Below are positions 1-8,749 of a DNA stretch of 64,000 nt, in pieces. The translations under genes were made by a program, and so were the position numbers. Source of the DNA: a bacterium (GTDB taxonomy: Bacteria; Electryoneota; Electryoneia; Electryoneales; Electryoneaceae); NCBI GenBank assembly GCA_963675295.2, contig CAXXKJ010000002.1, forward strand, positions 3,680,001 through 3,744,000, read 5' to 3'. Within the stretch, counting starts at the first letter, position 1; every line of letters begins with the position of its first letter. The notes beneath the pieces are model-generated. The model searched no databases, was not told the origin of the DNA, and worked only from the letters and a program-made list of their open reading frames with translations.

Positions 1-1
1 G

Positions 2-475
2 ATGGAGAAGTTCGGCGGCGTCCCGACGGAAGACGAGATCCGTGAGTACGCGTTTGACACACTGCGCTCCGGCAAGGTCATCCCGGGCTACGGTCACGCC
101 GTGCTGCGTGTCACCGACCCGCGCTTCACCGGCTTCAACATGTTCGGCAAGAAGCGTCTCCCGAACGATCCGGTGTTCCAGACCGTCGACCGCGTCTTCA
201 CCGTCGTGCCGAAAGTGCTGGAAGAGTTCAGCGACGAACGCGTCAAGGCAGGCAAGAACCCGATCGCGAACTTCTGGCCGAACGTGGACGCCGGCTCCGG
301 CGCACTGCTGTATCACTACGGCCTCACCGAGTTCCAGTACTACACGGTGCTCTTCAGTGTCAGCCGTTCGATGGGTATGCTTTCGCAACTCGTTTGGAAC
401 CGGGCAGTTGGCACCGCGATCACCCGTCCGAAATCCGTTGGCTCCAAGTTTATCCGGGAATTGGCCGCAAAATAA
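2..475 (+). CDS. gltA: Citrate synthase, C-terminal part (5' end outside window)
   Basis: Motifs GKVIPGYGHAVLRVTDPR, WPNVDAGSG, YYTVLFSVSR and ITRPKS, typical of citrate synthases of the eukaryote-like branch. Confidence 0.93.
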   Translation: MEKFGGVPTEDEIREYAFDTLRSGKVIPGYGHAVLRVTDPRFTGFNMFGKKRLPNDPVFQTVDRVFTVVPKVLEEFSDERVKAGKNPIANFWPNVDAGSGALLYHYGLTEFQYYTVLFSVSRSMGMLSQLVWNRAVGTAITRPKSVGSKFIRELAAK

Positions 476-524
476 CGGGCAACACCCTATTTCGGATTTC
501 GAGAGTTTACATTACGTACACATG

Positions 525-557
525 CAAGGCCGGGGCACATGCACCGGCCTTGTTTCT
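525..557 (+). terminator. Probable intrinsic terminator after citrate synthase
   Basis: CAAGGCCGG...CCGGCCTTG stem followed by T-rich sequence. Confidence 0.6.
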
Positions 558-761
558 GGCTTTTGCTGGCCAAGGAAGAGGAGAAAGATTTTGGGATTTT
601 GTTGATTGGAGCCATCAGAGCCAAAAGTTAATTATTACGAGTTATCATTTTTGACATTATCATAAACTTGGTTATATTTACCCGTGAGCACCAGGCGCGG
701 AGCTCGGCTGCAAACGAGACGGCGAAAAGCCCGCCGTTCTGAGAAGCGAATCAGGAATCGT

Positions 762-3554
762 GTGATCAAGCCAACACACATAGTGCTGGTAGCCATCGCC
801 CTGCTGTTGGGCATGAGCTGCGAACTAACCGCCTACGTTCCCACAGGCGAACTGGGCCTGCCGTACATCACGGTTTTCAAACCGGAAGATTACGACGGCA
901 TGGGTCAGAACTGGGGGATTTCGCAAGCGGACAATGGCTTGTTCTATCTGGCGAACGGAGATGGCGTTTTTGAATACGATGGTGTGGACTGGACGTACCT
1001 GGAAGAAGGATTCAACCGCACCGCCCGTTCGATCGACACCGGCCCCGGACAGTCTGTCTACGTGGGCTACCACAACGAACTAGGCTTCTACCTGCCGGAT
1101 TCCACCGGCGAGCTCACCTATACCTCCCTGATGGAACGCATTCCGGAATCGCTGCGTGATTTCCGCGATGTATGGACGACCCTGGTCTTCAAGGACCGAG
1201 TTTACTTTGCCGCCATCGGCCACATGTTCAGCTGGCAGATCAACGAACAGGGTATCGTTAATGGTTCCCTGTCGATTCATGTTGCGGCCGGGGAAAGCCG
1301 GTATCAGGGCTTGACAATTGTGCGTGATCAAATGCTGTTCGTGGATCCGGCGAGCGGCTTGTTTGAGGTCAAGGGCAGCGAACTTGTCAAGATTCAAGAT
1401 GATGATGGCGCGAACCTTCGCCCGGTTTGGTCCATCCTGCCGTACCTCGAGGACCAGTATCTGCTGCTCGGGTACGAAGGCGTGTACGTTTCGGACGGTA
1501 AGAGCATCAAGCGGTGGCGTGCGGACGTTTCCGATCTTTGCCGTGAATCCGGTGCATACAACGCGACCGCCCTCGGTGACGGCTACTTTGCGCTCGGTAC
1601 GGATGACGAAGGCGTGGTGCTGTTCGACTCGACCGGCACCGTGCTGAAGGTTGTCGACCGTGACCTTGGCTTGCCGAACAACCAGGTGTTGACCTACCCA
1701 TATCTCGACAAAGAGGGCGGGGTCTGGGTGTGTCTCGACTACGGTCTGGCTCGTGTCGACCTGATTTCTCCGCTGCAACGTTTCAACCATTCTCTCGGTC
1801 TCGAAGGCGGCGTGGTTGCAATGCGCCGGTTCAAGGGGTCGCTGTATGTGGGCACGTCTCAGGGGATTTATGTCCCGCGTGAAGCGGATCAGTCAGGCCA
1901 TCCGGTTCAGTTTACCGAACTGGGATCGATGCTGTATTGCTGGGACATGCAGGAAGTCGCCGGGCAGTTGTTGATCGCTGGTGACGGGGATGTGCAAGTG
2001 ATCCGCGATGTCGGCCAGCGCCCCGAGATGGTCGCGGAAGGGGTGTATCCGTTCTCGATCGCGGTCGATTCGACGAACCAGCGAGCGTTCATCGGGTGCA
2101 CAGCTGGCCCGATCCGTTCGTATGCATTCCGCAACGGTGTCTGGCAGGACGAGGGCGAGCTTGCCTCGTTGGATGAAGATGTGATGTGGTTGACCCGGTC
2201 GCCCGACGGCGCGCTGTGGGCCACGTATGGCTTTGATTCGCTGAGTGTCGCACGAGTTGAAATCGAGCAGACGTGGGAATCGGTCGAGGTGTCCAATGTG
2301 CTACGTTTCAACGAAGCCAACGGCTACACCGAAATGGTCGCGGGCATGCCCTTCCTCTGGGGCGATGACTGGATGGTCAGCGGTTACGAGATGCTGTATC
2401 GTTGGGATGCTGTCCAGCAAGCTCTGGTTCCGGCCAGCGACACACCGCTGTTTGAATACGCGGTCAAGCACACGATCAGTATGCCGACCATGTCGTCTGA
2501 TCACAGCATCTGGTTCGAGGACAATGCTGGTATCTGCAACCATGCGATTCTGAAGGATGACGGATCGTTCGTGCTGGAAACGCCGTTGCGCCGTACTTCC
2601 ACGACCGGCTACAACTCGTTCTACACGGAAAACGGAACGTTGTGGGCCGGACTGGTTGGGCTTCACCTCGTCCGCTACGATTACGCTGCGGACAACGGCC
2701 CCGAGCAAGAACATACCACGCTGATCCGCGACGTTCGCATCGGCGTGAACGAATCACGGTTCAACGGGGCGACGCAGCACCTGACCCTGCTGCAGCAGCC
2801 GGTCAGCTGGTCGGACCGTACTGTCCGAATCAACTATGCGATGCCGTGCTACGAAGATGTGACGCGTAACGAGTACCAGGTCCGTCTTGTCGGTCTGTCG
2901 GAAACGTGGTCCGACTGGACGCAGGACACGCACCAATTGTACAACAACCTCGCTGCCGGCCAGTACCGGTTTGAGGTGCGTGGGCGCGATGTCCATGGCA
3001 GCCCCAGCAAAATCGCATCGGTTCGGTTCTTCGTCAGTCCGCCGTGGTATGCCACGTGGTGGGCGACGACGCTGTGGCTGGTGCTCGCGATCAGCCTGAC
3101 CTACGGCCTGATCAAGCTACGGTTGCGTGCGATCGAACTGCGCAGCAAGCGTCTGGACGAGCTTGTGAAACAGCGCACAGCGGAACTGGAACAGTTGCGT
3201 GAGGCGGAACGGGAAGCTGAGATCAAGGCGTCTCAGATGGAAACGGCGTACAAGATGGCGGCCACCATCGCGCACGAGTTCAACAACCCGCTGGCGATTA
3301 TCCAGGCTTCGTCACAGCTGATGCAGAAGGATGAGTTCGACGAGTACAAGCTGCGTGAATTTGCCGATAAGATTCCGCCGCAGGTGACCCGTCTGAAGGA
3401 ACTGCTGCACCGCATCCGGACCGTTGACGATCTGCGTGAAATCGACTACGCCGCCGGCATGAAGATCCTGGACATCCACCACGGCAAGCCGGGCAACGGT
3501 GTCCACCCCGAACGTGAAACCAACTCGCGATCCACTCGCGATCGACGGAATTGA
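762..3554 (+). CDS. Membrane sensor protein: periplasmic beta-propeller (two-component regulator propeller) + Y_Y_Y domain + TM + HisKA-only tail
   Basis: Signal peptide from GTG 762; propeller repeats (GLPNNQV, DKEGGVWV); YQVRLVG...YNNLAAGQYRFEVRG (Y_Y_Y); PPWYATWWA TM; H-box AATIAHEFNNPL; no N/G1/F/G2 boxes. Confidence 0.8.
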   Translation: MIKPTHIVLVAIALLLGMSCELTAYVPTGELGLPYITVFKPEDYDGMGQNWGISQADNGLFYLANGDGVFEYDGVDWTYLEEGFNRTARSIDTGPGQSVYVGYHNELGFYLPDSTGELTYTSLMERIPESLRDFRDVWTTLVFKDRVYFAAIGHMFSWQINEQGIVNGSLSIHVAAGESRYQGLTIVRDQMLFVDPASGLFEVKGSELVKIQDDDGANLRPVWSILPYLEDQYLLLGYEGVYVSDGKSIKRWRADVSDLCRESGAYNATALGDGYFALGTDDEGVVLFDSTGTVLKVVDRDLGLPNNQVLTYPYLDKEGGVWVCLDYGLARVDLISPLQRFNHSLGLEGGVVAMRRFKGSLYVGTSQGIYVPREADQSGHPVQFTELGSMLYCWDMQEVAGQLLIAGDGDVQVIRDVGQRPEMVAEGVYPFSIAVDSTNQRAFIGCTAGPIRSYAFRNGVWQDEGELASLDEDVMWLTRSPDGALWATYGFDSLSVARVEIEQTWESVEVSNVLRFNEANGYTEMVAGMPFLWGDDWMVSGYEMLYRWDAVQQALVPASDTPLFEYAVKHTISMPTMSSDHSIWFEDNAGICNHAILKDDGSFVLETPLRRTSTTGYNSFYTENGTLWAGLVGLHLVRYDYAADNGPEQEHTTLIRDVRIGVNESRFNGATQHLTLLQQPVSWSDRTVRINYAMPCYEDVTRNEYQVRLVGLSETWSDWTQDTHQLYNNLAAGQYRFEVRGRDVHGSPSKIASVRFFVSPPWYATWWATTLWLVLAISLTYGLIKLRLRAIELRSKRLDELVKQRTAELEQLREAEREAEIKASQMETAYKMAATIAHEFNNPLAIIQASSQLMQKDEFDEYKLREFADKIPPQVTRLKELLHRIRTVDDLREIDYAAGMKILDIHHGKPGNGVHPERETNSRSTRDRRN

Positions 3555-3725
3555 TGTAGTCACACGATCCAGCCATGGATCCGCGCCCCCAGATGCAGGC
3601 CAACCCTCAAGGCCTGCATCACTTTTTATGTATCTCTCCGTGACTCTGCTCGTGCTGCCCGTCCGGCAAGCCACACCTGCAAACCTGTTATTTTCCTGCG
3701 AACGATATCACCAGCAGGGGGTTCC

Positions 3726-4460
3726 ATGGCGGACCGGCGGATTAACAGCAACGACGGCGGGCTTTTCTTTGTCGCGATCGCGATTGTGGTGGCGGCGTTT
3801 ATTGCGGGCAATGCGGTCAAGGCGGTGAAACGGGCCGGCGATACGATTCAGGTGACCGGTTCAGCGAAGATGAGCGTCGTCAGCGATTACATCGTCTGGC
3901 GTGGTGAGGTGCGTACCGACGCGCAAACCCTGAAGCAGTCCAGCCAGCAGTTGTTGCGCTACCGGCAGACGGTGGAAGCGTTCCTCACAGACCAGGGTGT
4001 CACCGATACCGAAGTCACGTGGCAGGCGCCGAATATCTGGGAGCAGCGCGAGTATGTGAATGGGCAGGACACCGGACGGATTCTCCGCTACAACGCGTCG
4101 CAGATGTTCATCATCCGTTCGTCCCGGGTCGATGCCATTGCCGAGGTCGCCAAAGCGGCGGAGCAATTGATGCGGGAAGGTGTTCCATTCAATCCGTACA
4201 CGCCGGAATTCACCTACAGCAAGCTCAACGAAGCACGCATCGAGTTGATGGAAGAGGCGACCCGTGACGCGCGAGCTCGTGCCGAAAAAATCGCCGCCGC
4301 TGCCGACAACGAGGTCGGTCCGATCCGTGAGGCACGGATGGGCGTGATTCAGGTGGTCGCGCCGAATTCGACCAATGTCAGCGACTACGGGATGTACGAC
4401 ACCACGACGAAGGAGAAGGATGTGATCGCGGTGGTCAAGGTGTCGTTCGCGGTGGAATGA
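3726..4460 (+). CDS. SIMPL (DUF541) domain protein
   Basis: N-terminal TM, TIQVTGSA, ATRDARARAEKIA, ARMGVIQV, DTTTKEKDVIAVVKVSF. Confidence 0.85.
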   Translation: MADRRINSNDGGLFFVAIAIVVAAFIAGNAVKAVKRAGDTIQVTGSAKMSVVSDYIVWRGEVRTDAQTLKQSSQQLLRYRQTVEAFLTDQGVTDTEVTWQAPNIWEQREYVNGQDTGRILRYNASQMFIIRSSRVDAIAEVAKAAEQLMREGVPFNPYTPEFTYSKLNEARIELMEEATRDARARAEKIAAAADNEVGPIREARMGVIQVVAPNSTNVSDYGMYDTTTKEKDVIAVVKVSFAVE

Positions 4461-4512
4461 GGGCAGAGCTCAGGGCACAGTCCTCAGTCCACAGTGGACA
4501 GTGCTAAGTTGT

Positions 4513-4546
4513 CGGAAGCCGGAAGCCGGAAGCCGGAAGCCGGAAG
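4513..4546. repeat. Heptamer tandem repeat (CGGAAGC)x4.9
   Basis: Read directly; lies between convergent genes. Confidence 0.9.
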
Positions 4547-4562
4547 TATTGAAGATAAATAA

Positions 4563-4596
4563 GTTGGGGACACTTACTCCGTTAAGTGTCCCCAAC
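4563..4596. repeat. 14-bp perfect inverted repeat (GGGACA...TGTCCC type palindrome; possible bidirectional terminator)
   Basis: GTTGGGGACACTTA-ctccgt-TAAGTGTCCCCAAC. Confidence 0.7.
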
Positions 4597-4622
4597 AATC
4601 GTCTTTACAACTTTCGCATCTG

Positions 4623-4667
4623 TTGCGTCTTTGGCGTCCTTTGCGTCTCTTGCGTCCGTTGCATCCG
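4623..4667. repeat. Degenerate 9-mer tandem repeat (approx. TTGCGTCYN)x5
   Basis: ttgcgtctt tggcgtcct ttgcgtctc ttgcgtccg ttgcatccg. Confidence 0.65.
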
Positions 4668-4675
4668 TCCACCGA

Positions 4676-5194
4676 TCACTGATGGATCAGCCGGGTGATC
4701 GCCGCCAGGTGATGATCGTCGTGCGACGCGGCGAAATCCATCAGATCGATCACATTCATCGGCTGCTTCAGGCGCGGGTGGAACGCTTCCCGTGTCCATT
4801 GCGGCTCGTCCATCGCTTCCAGCCGCTCAACAAACGCACCCCGTGCATAGCGCAACTCCCGCAACAACCGGATCACCGGCATCGAGTTGAAGTCCGCGTC
4901 CTCGGTGCGGGCGTTGGACATGTCGGCTGCGGTGAGTTCCTCGAGACCGGCGTCGTAATCATCCAACCGTTTCAGCCACAGCTCTTCCACCTTCACCAGG
5001 TGGCCAACGTTTTCCAGGATGGTCCACCCGTGTTCCGGTTTGCGGATGAGCTGCTCCGGATCGAGCTCGAGAATCCGGTCCTCGACCCGGGCCGGTGTTC
5101 CGCGCAACCGTTCCAGCAGCAGCGGAAACATCCAGGCAGGACGGCCATAATCGAATTCTCGTTCAACCCACAGCTTGCGCGGTCGTGTGTTCAT
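4676..5194 (-). CDS. DinB family protein
   Basis: WTILENVGHLVKVE and C-terminal HDDHHL metal-binding histidines of the DinB/YfiT fold. Confidence 0.85.
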   Translation of the reverse strand: MNTRPRKLWVEREFDYGRPAWMFPLLLERLRGTPARVEDRILELDPEQLIRKPEHGWTILENVGHLVKVEELWLKRLDDYDAGLEELTAADMSNARTEDADFNSMPVIRLLRELRYARGAFVERLEAMDEPQWTREAFHPRLKQPMNVIDLMDFAASHDDHHLAAITRLIHQ

Positions 5195-5353
5195 GGTGTG
5201 GCTTCCGGTGGTGGTTGGATTCCTACAGATTAGCTGGAACGGTCCGGTCTCTGAATGATGCTACAGGAAGATGGACAAATCGAACGCCATGCTCAATGAT
5301 GCCAGCATGACGTTCGCTCCGCCCCCCCTGGGACATGGACTCATCGTTGAGTT

Positions 5354-5845
5354 CTATTGCGCAACCTTGCGCACCTTCTCCGGCTTCACATCCTTCCACA
5401 TACCAGAATGCTGCGCGATCGCCTTCTTCTGAAGATTGTTGTAGTGTTCGGCGAACTCGGGCAGGTGTTCGGTGTCGACTTCCGCCAACCCCATGCTGAC
5501 CAGTTCGGCGCCAAAATCCTTGCGTTGCGGGCCATACTCGACGGTCGCGAAGGGTAAACCATCCTCACCGTAGACGATGCCGGCGGCGGTGTTGTCCTTC
5601 GTCCACGAGGAGAACGTGACGCGTTGGCCCTCGAGCGCTTGCTGCGCGTACTGGAACGCTTTCTGACCGTAGGGATCGTCAAGGTCAGCCGCACGCACTC
5701 CGACCAGCCGGGCTTTCCAGCCGCCTTCCAGTTCGACGATGTCTCCGCGATGAACTTTCACGATTGTGCGTTGGTTGGCGAGAACGGCGTGTGTGGTGAA
5801 CAGAATCAGCAGCATGCACACCGCCAGAACAACAGAACGTCTCAT
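5354..5845 (-). CDS. Secreted thermonuclease (SNase-like) family protein
   Basis: Signal peptide; VKVHRGD, ARLVGV, ELVSMGLAEV, QKKAIAQHSGMW; active-site residues look divergent. Confidence 0.7.
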   Translation of the reverse strand: MRRSVVLAVCMLLILFTTHAVLANQRTIVKVHRGDIVELEGGWKARLVGVRAADLDDPYGQKAFQYAQQALEGQRVTFSSWTKDNTAAGIVYGEDGLPFATVEYGPQRKDFGAELVSMGLAEVDTEHLPEFAEHYNNLQKKAIAQHSGMWKDVKPEKVRKVAQ

Positions 5846-6033
5846 GATTCCCCCGAAAATCTTTTCGCGCCTGCACCACCCACGTCATGAGTACGAGTTA
5901 GCCTGTGTAAAAGTTTCACAAACCTCTGAAACTGTGCTCCAGGGGCCGGGTTGCACGAAAACGAAAGGCGCCATTCAGTTGATTCTGGTTTGAATCTTCC
6001 GAACCGCGCCTGTATTGCGAAAACCGGATCGTG

Positions 6034-7134
6034 CTACCGGATTCCTTCCTCGATATTGATCATGCCGTCGTCGGTCGACAGGTTGATCGGAACACCACCA
6101 CCGTTGCGCAGGATGCGCGCGGTAAACTGCTCGCCGATCTCTTTCTGTTCATCGACCGGGAAATCGCAGTGGAATTCGTGCTCGCCGTCGTAATCGTCAA
6201 TGGCGACATCAATGGTCGCGGCGAGGGATTCATACAGCTCGACGCTGATCGGTCCCGTGCCACTGTGCAGTGCCAGTCCGGTCAACTCACCCGAGCCGAG
6301 GTAACGCAACGACACTCCGCCGGTGTCAGTGCCCGCCCGAAGCTTCCCACTCAGGTCACGAACATCGATCCCGCCGGTATGGGTTTCCGCGACCAGGTTG
6401 TCATGATGGCCTCGAATGTCCAGCCCGCCGGTGGACAGCATCACGTCCAGCTCGCCGTAGGTATTATCGATCTCGGCCCCACCGGTGCTGGTCTGTACGG
6501 ACGAATGGTTGGTCACGCGCACGTCCCGGATCGACACACCGCCGGTCGATGTACGCACATTCAGCGTCCCCTCGACATCGCGCAGCGCGACGCCGCCGGT
6601 CTGGGTGCGGAGTTCGAAATCACCGTTGCAATTGTTCACGTGGATGCCGCCGGTGTCTGTTTCATAGTGCAGCGGACCGGTATAGTCATGCGCATCGAGA
6701 CCGCCGGTCAACACTTGCGCGTCAACCATCGCGCCCTCCGGCACAGTCACCTTGAGGTCGAGATACCAGGGACGGTGGTTCCAATTCGCCAGCTTTCGTT
6801 CGCCAGTAACTTCCCAGCTTTTCTTTCCGGTGTCGACGTCGATGTCGACCCGTTTCGACCACGTCTTGACATCTTTTTCGCTGGCATGTTTGATGCCACC
6901 AAGGGTGAACTCGAGGGTCGCCTGGCCGGTTTCTCCGCTGACCAGTTCGACATTGCCGGTAAACTCACGGATCAGCAACGCGGTGTTTTCGCTAAAATCC
7001 TCAGTAAGCACGGCGACGGCGACCGGTTCGCCGTCATCGTCTTCGCTGATCGTCCAGTCGAGGTCCTTTGCCAGAACCGTCGAACAGGTCACCACCAACA
7101 TCAGGACAAGCAGCAGGGACAGTCGTTGTACCAT
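6034..7134 (-). CDS. DUF4097/adhesin-like beta-strand repeat protein
   Basis: Signal peptide from ATG 7134; repeated TxTGG[IVL] units; LKVTVPEGA. Confidence 0.8.
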   Translation of the reverse strand: MVQRLSLLLVLMLVVTCSTVLAKDLDWTISEDDDGEPVAVAVLTEDFSENTALLIREFTGNVELVSGETGQATLEFTLGGIKHASEKDVKTWSKRVDIDVDTGKKSWEVTGERKLANWNHRPWYLDLKVTVPEGAMVDAQVLTGGLDAHDYTGPLHYETDTGGIHVNNCNGDFELRTQTGGVALRDVEGTLNVRTSTGGVSIRDVRVTNHSSVQTSTGGAEIDNTYGELDVMLSTGGLDIRGHHDNLVAETHTGGIDVRDLSGKLRAGTDTGGVSLRYLGSGELTGLALHSGTGPISVELYESLAATIDVAIDDYDGEHEFHCDFPVDEQKEIGEQFTARILRNGGGVPINLSTDDGMINIEEGIR

Positions 7135-7291
7135 GGTAGATCTCCGGGATCGGGTTTCGCACGGTGGCTGGGAACACCGTCGCGCGTTGTCACAGGTTCG
7201 TCTCACTGGTTAAGACGCAAACAGCCGGGACAGGGTTACAGTTTTACGTAGCACCCGGCCCGGCTTGACAGACTGTGGCAACCGCCCAGTG

Positions 7292-7669
7292 TTATTTCAG
7301 GAACACGAAGCTGTCGCTGAACACCAATGGCGGTGACACCGCCGGTACAGCCACTTTCGTTTCGAAGGTGTACGTTCCGGATGGTGCAACTCCGGGAATC
7401 TGATACGAGAACTGGACGGTTACATTCATGTACGGAGTTGCCATCATGTACACCGGCCCCCACATCATGTGGCGAGTCCCGTACGGATCGACGATGGTAT
7501 TCCAGAGGTAGAAGGGCACCTGATTGGCCGTGGGATTGATCAGGACGCAGTCAACGGTGAGTGTTCCCCCTCCCGGCGGAATCGTCGTGGACTGTGGCGT
7601 GAGCTGAACCTGCGCGGTGGCAATGGTAGCCGAAAACAGAATACAGAGTACGGCGACGGTAGTTCTCAT
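7292..7669 (-). CDS. Small secreted protein consisting only of the recurrent ~110-aa 'IPxxGG' Ig-like domain
   Basis: Signal peptide (ATA-Q); LTPQSTTIPPGGG...WNTIVDPYG...WGP...IPGVAPSGTYTF...DSFVFLK. Confidence 0.7.
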   Translation of the reverse strand: MRTTVAVLCILFSATIATAQVQLTPQSTTIPPGGGTLTVDCVLINPTANQVPFYLWNTIVDPYGTRHMMWGPVYMMATPYMNVTVQFSYQIPGVAPSGTYTFETKVAVPAVSPPLVFSDSFVFLK

Positions 7670-7971
7670 GACATCTCCCCCCATGTTGATATCAACCTGT
7701 CAAAATGTAGTTACAATTTCGGACATCTTAAGCAATAGAACGCAGTTATCTTGACGTCTGGAGTCGCATTTGCAAACCTCAAGAGGGCAATAAACACGCA
7801 CCGTCCAAGCTGGCCTGACTTATTGGAGCGGCAGATTTAGCCTCCCCTAACAAAACGGTTGTTTCCTGTCGTCTCTCACTTGTCCGGGAATATTAGTTCG
7901 GACACCCTCACTTTCGTCCCGATTTCACTACGTTTTGCTACTACAGAACAGCAAGTCACTGCGAGACTGCC

Positions 7972-8715
7972 ATGACCATCGATCTTGACAGCTACCTGCT
8001 TGGCCGGCCGGAGAAATTCCGTGCGGCGGCACGTGACATTTTCCATTTCATACAGGCACGTGCGGGAAGTCTGAAACCGGAGATCTCCGGCGATTTGGTC
8101 GGGTGGGGCCGGGATCAGAACGATTGGTTCCTGCTGAGCCTCAGTGTGCGCAAGGGCGGAGTGATGCTGTACTGTGCCGCGCCGGTGCTGGATCCCTATG
8201 ACGACGTCCTGCGCAGCCGCCGTACCGGCATGACCTGTGTCAAGCTCAGCCGGGTGGGCACGTTGGACGAAAAGGTGCTTGACGACATTGTGACCAAGGC
8301 GTTGAATCCGCCCATGGACGGGAAGGAAAATGCCGGTAAGGCATACGCCGAACGGGCTTCGACGAAAACACAGTTGACCGATTTCGACGCCTACCTCGCT
8401 GACAAGCCGGCGAAAACGCACGATCTCGCTCTCAAGCTGTACACGCTGATCCGGTCGAAAATCGGTGAGGAACCGTACGCCTACGACGATCACATCCTCG
8501 GTTTCGGACGTCGGGACGACGGCTGGTACAAGGTGTTGATGGCCGCACGGGCATCTGGGGTGATGCTGTATACCTCAGGCAGGATTCTCGATCAGCATCA
8601 GGATCTGATCAAGAAGTCGTGGCGAACCGGCAAGAGTTGTCTCAAGTTGACGAGCTGGGATCAGCTGCCGGAAGAGGTCATTGAAGATATCGTGAATCAA
8701 TCTCTGGCGGGGTAG
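7972..8715 (+). CDS. Protein with two tandem DUF1801/YdhG-like domains
   Basis: Internal duplication: GVMLYC...RTGMTCVKL and GVMLYT...RTGKSCLKL. Confidence 0.6.
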   Translation: MTIDLDSYLLGRPEKFRAAARDIFHFIQARAGSLKPEISGDLVGWGRDQNDWFLLSLSVRKGGVMLYCAAPVLDPYDDVLRSRRTGMTCVKLSRVGTLDEKVLDDIVTKALNPPMDGKENAGKAYAERASTKTQLTDFDAYLADKPAKTHDLALKLYTLIRSKIGEEPYAYDDHILGFGRRDDGWYKVLMAARASGVMLYTSGRILDQHQDLIKKSWRTGKSCLKLTSWDQLPEEVIEDIVNQSLAG

Positions 8716-8749
8716 CAACGGGAGCGAGAATCGGCTTCATCTGGAAACG

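Noticed and set aside
6031-7251. 406-aa + strand ORF, and similar long antisense ORFs (37281-38750, 42950-44218, 47205-48449, 62386-63993)
   Set aside because: Shadows of well-supported genes on the opposite strand, expected with GC-rich codon usage
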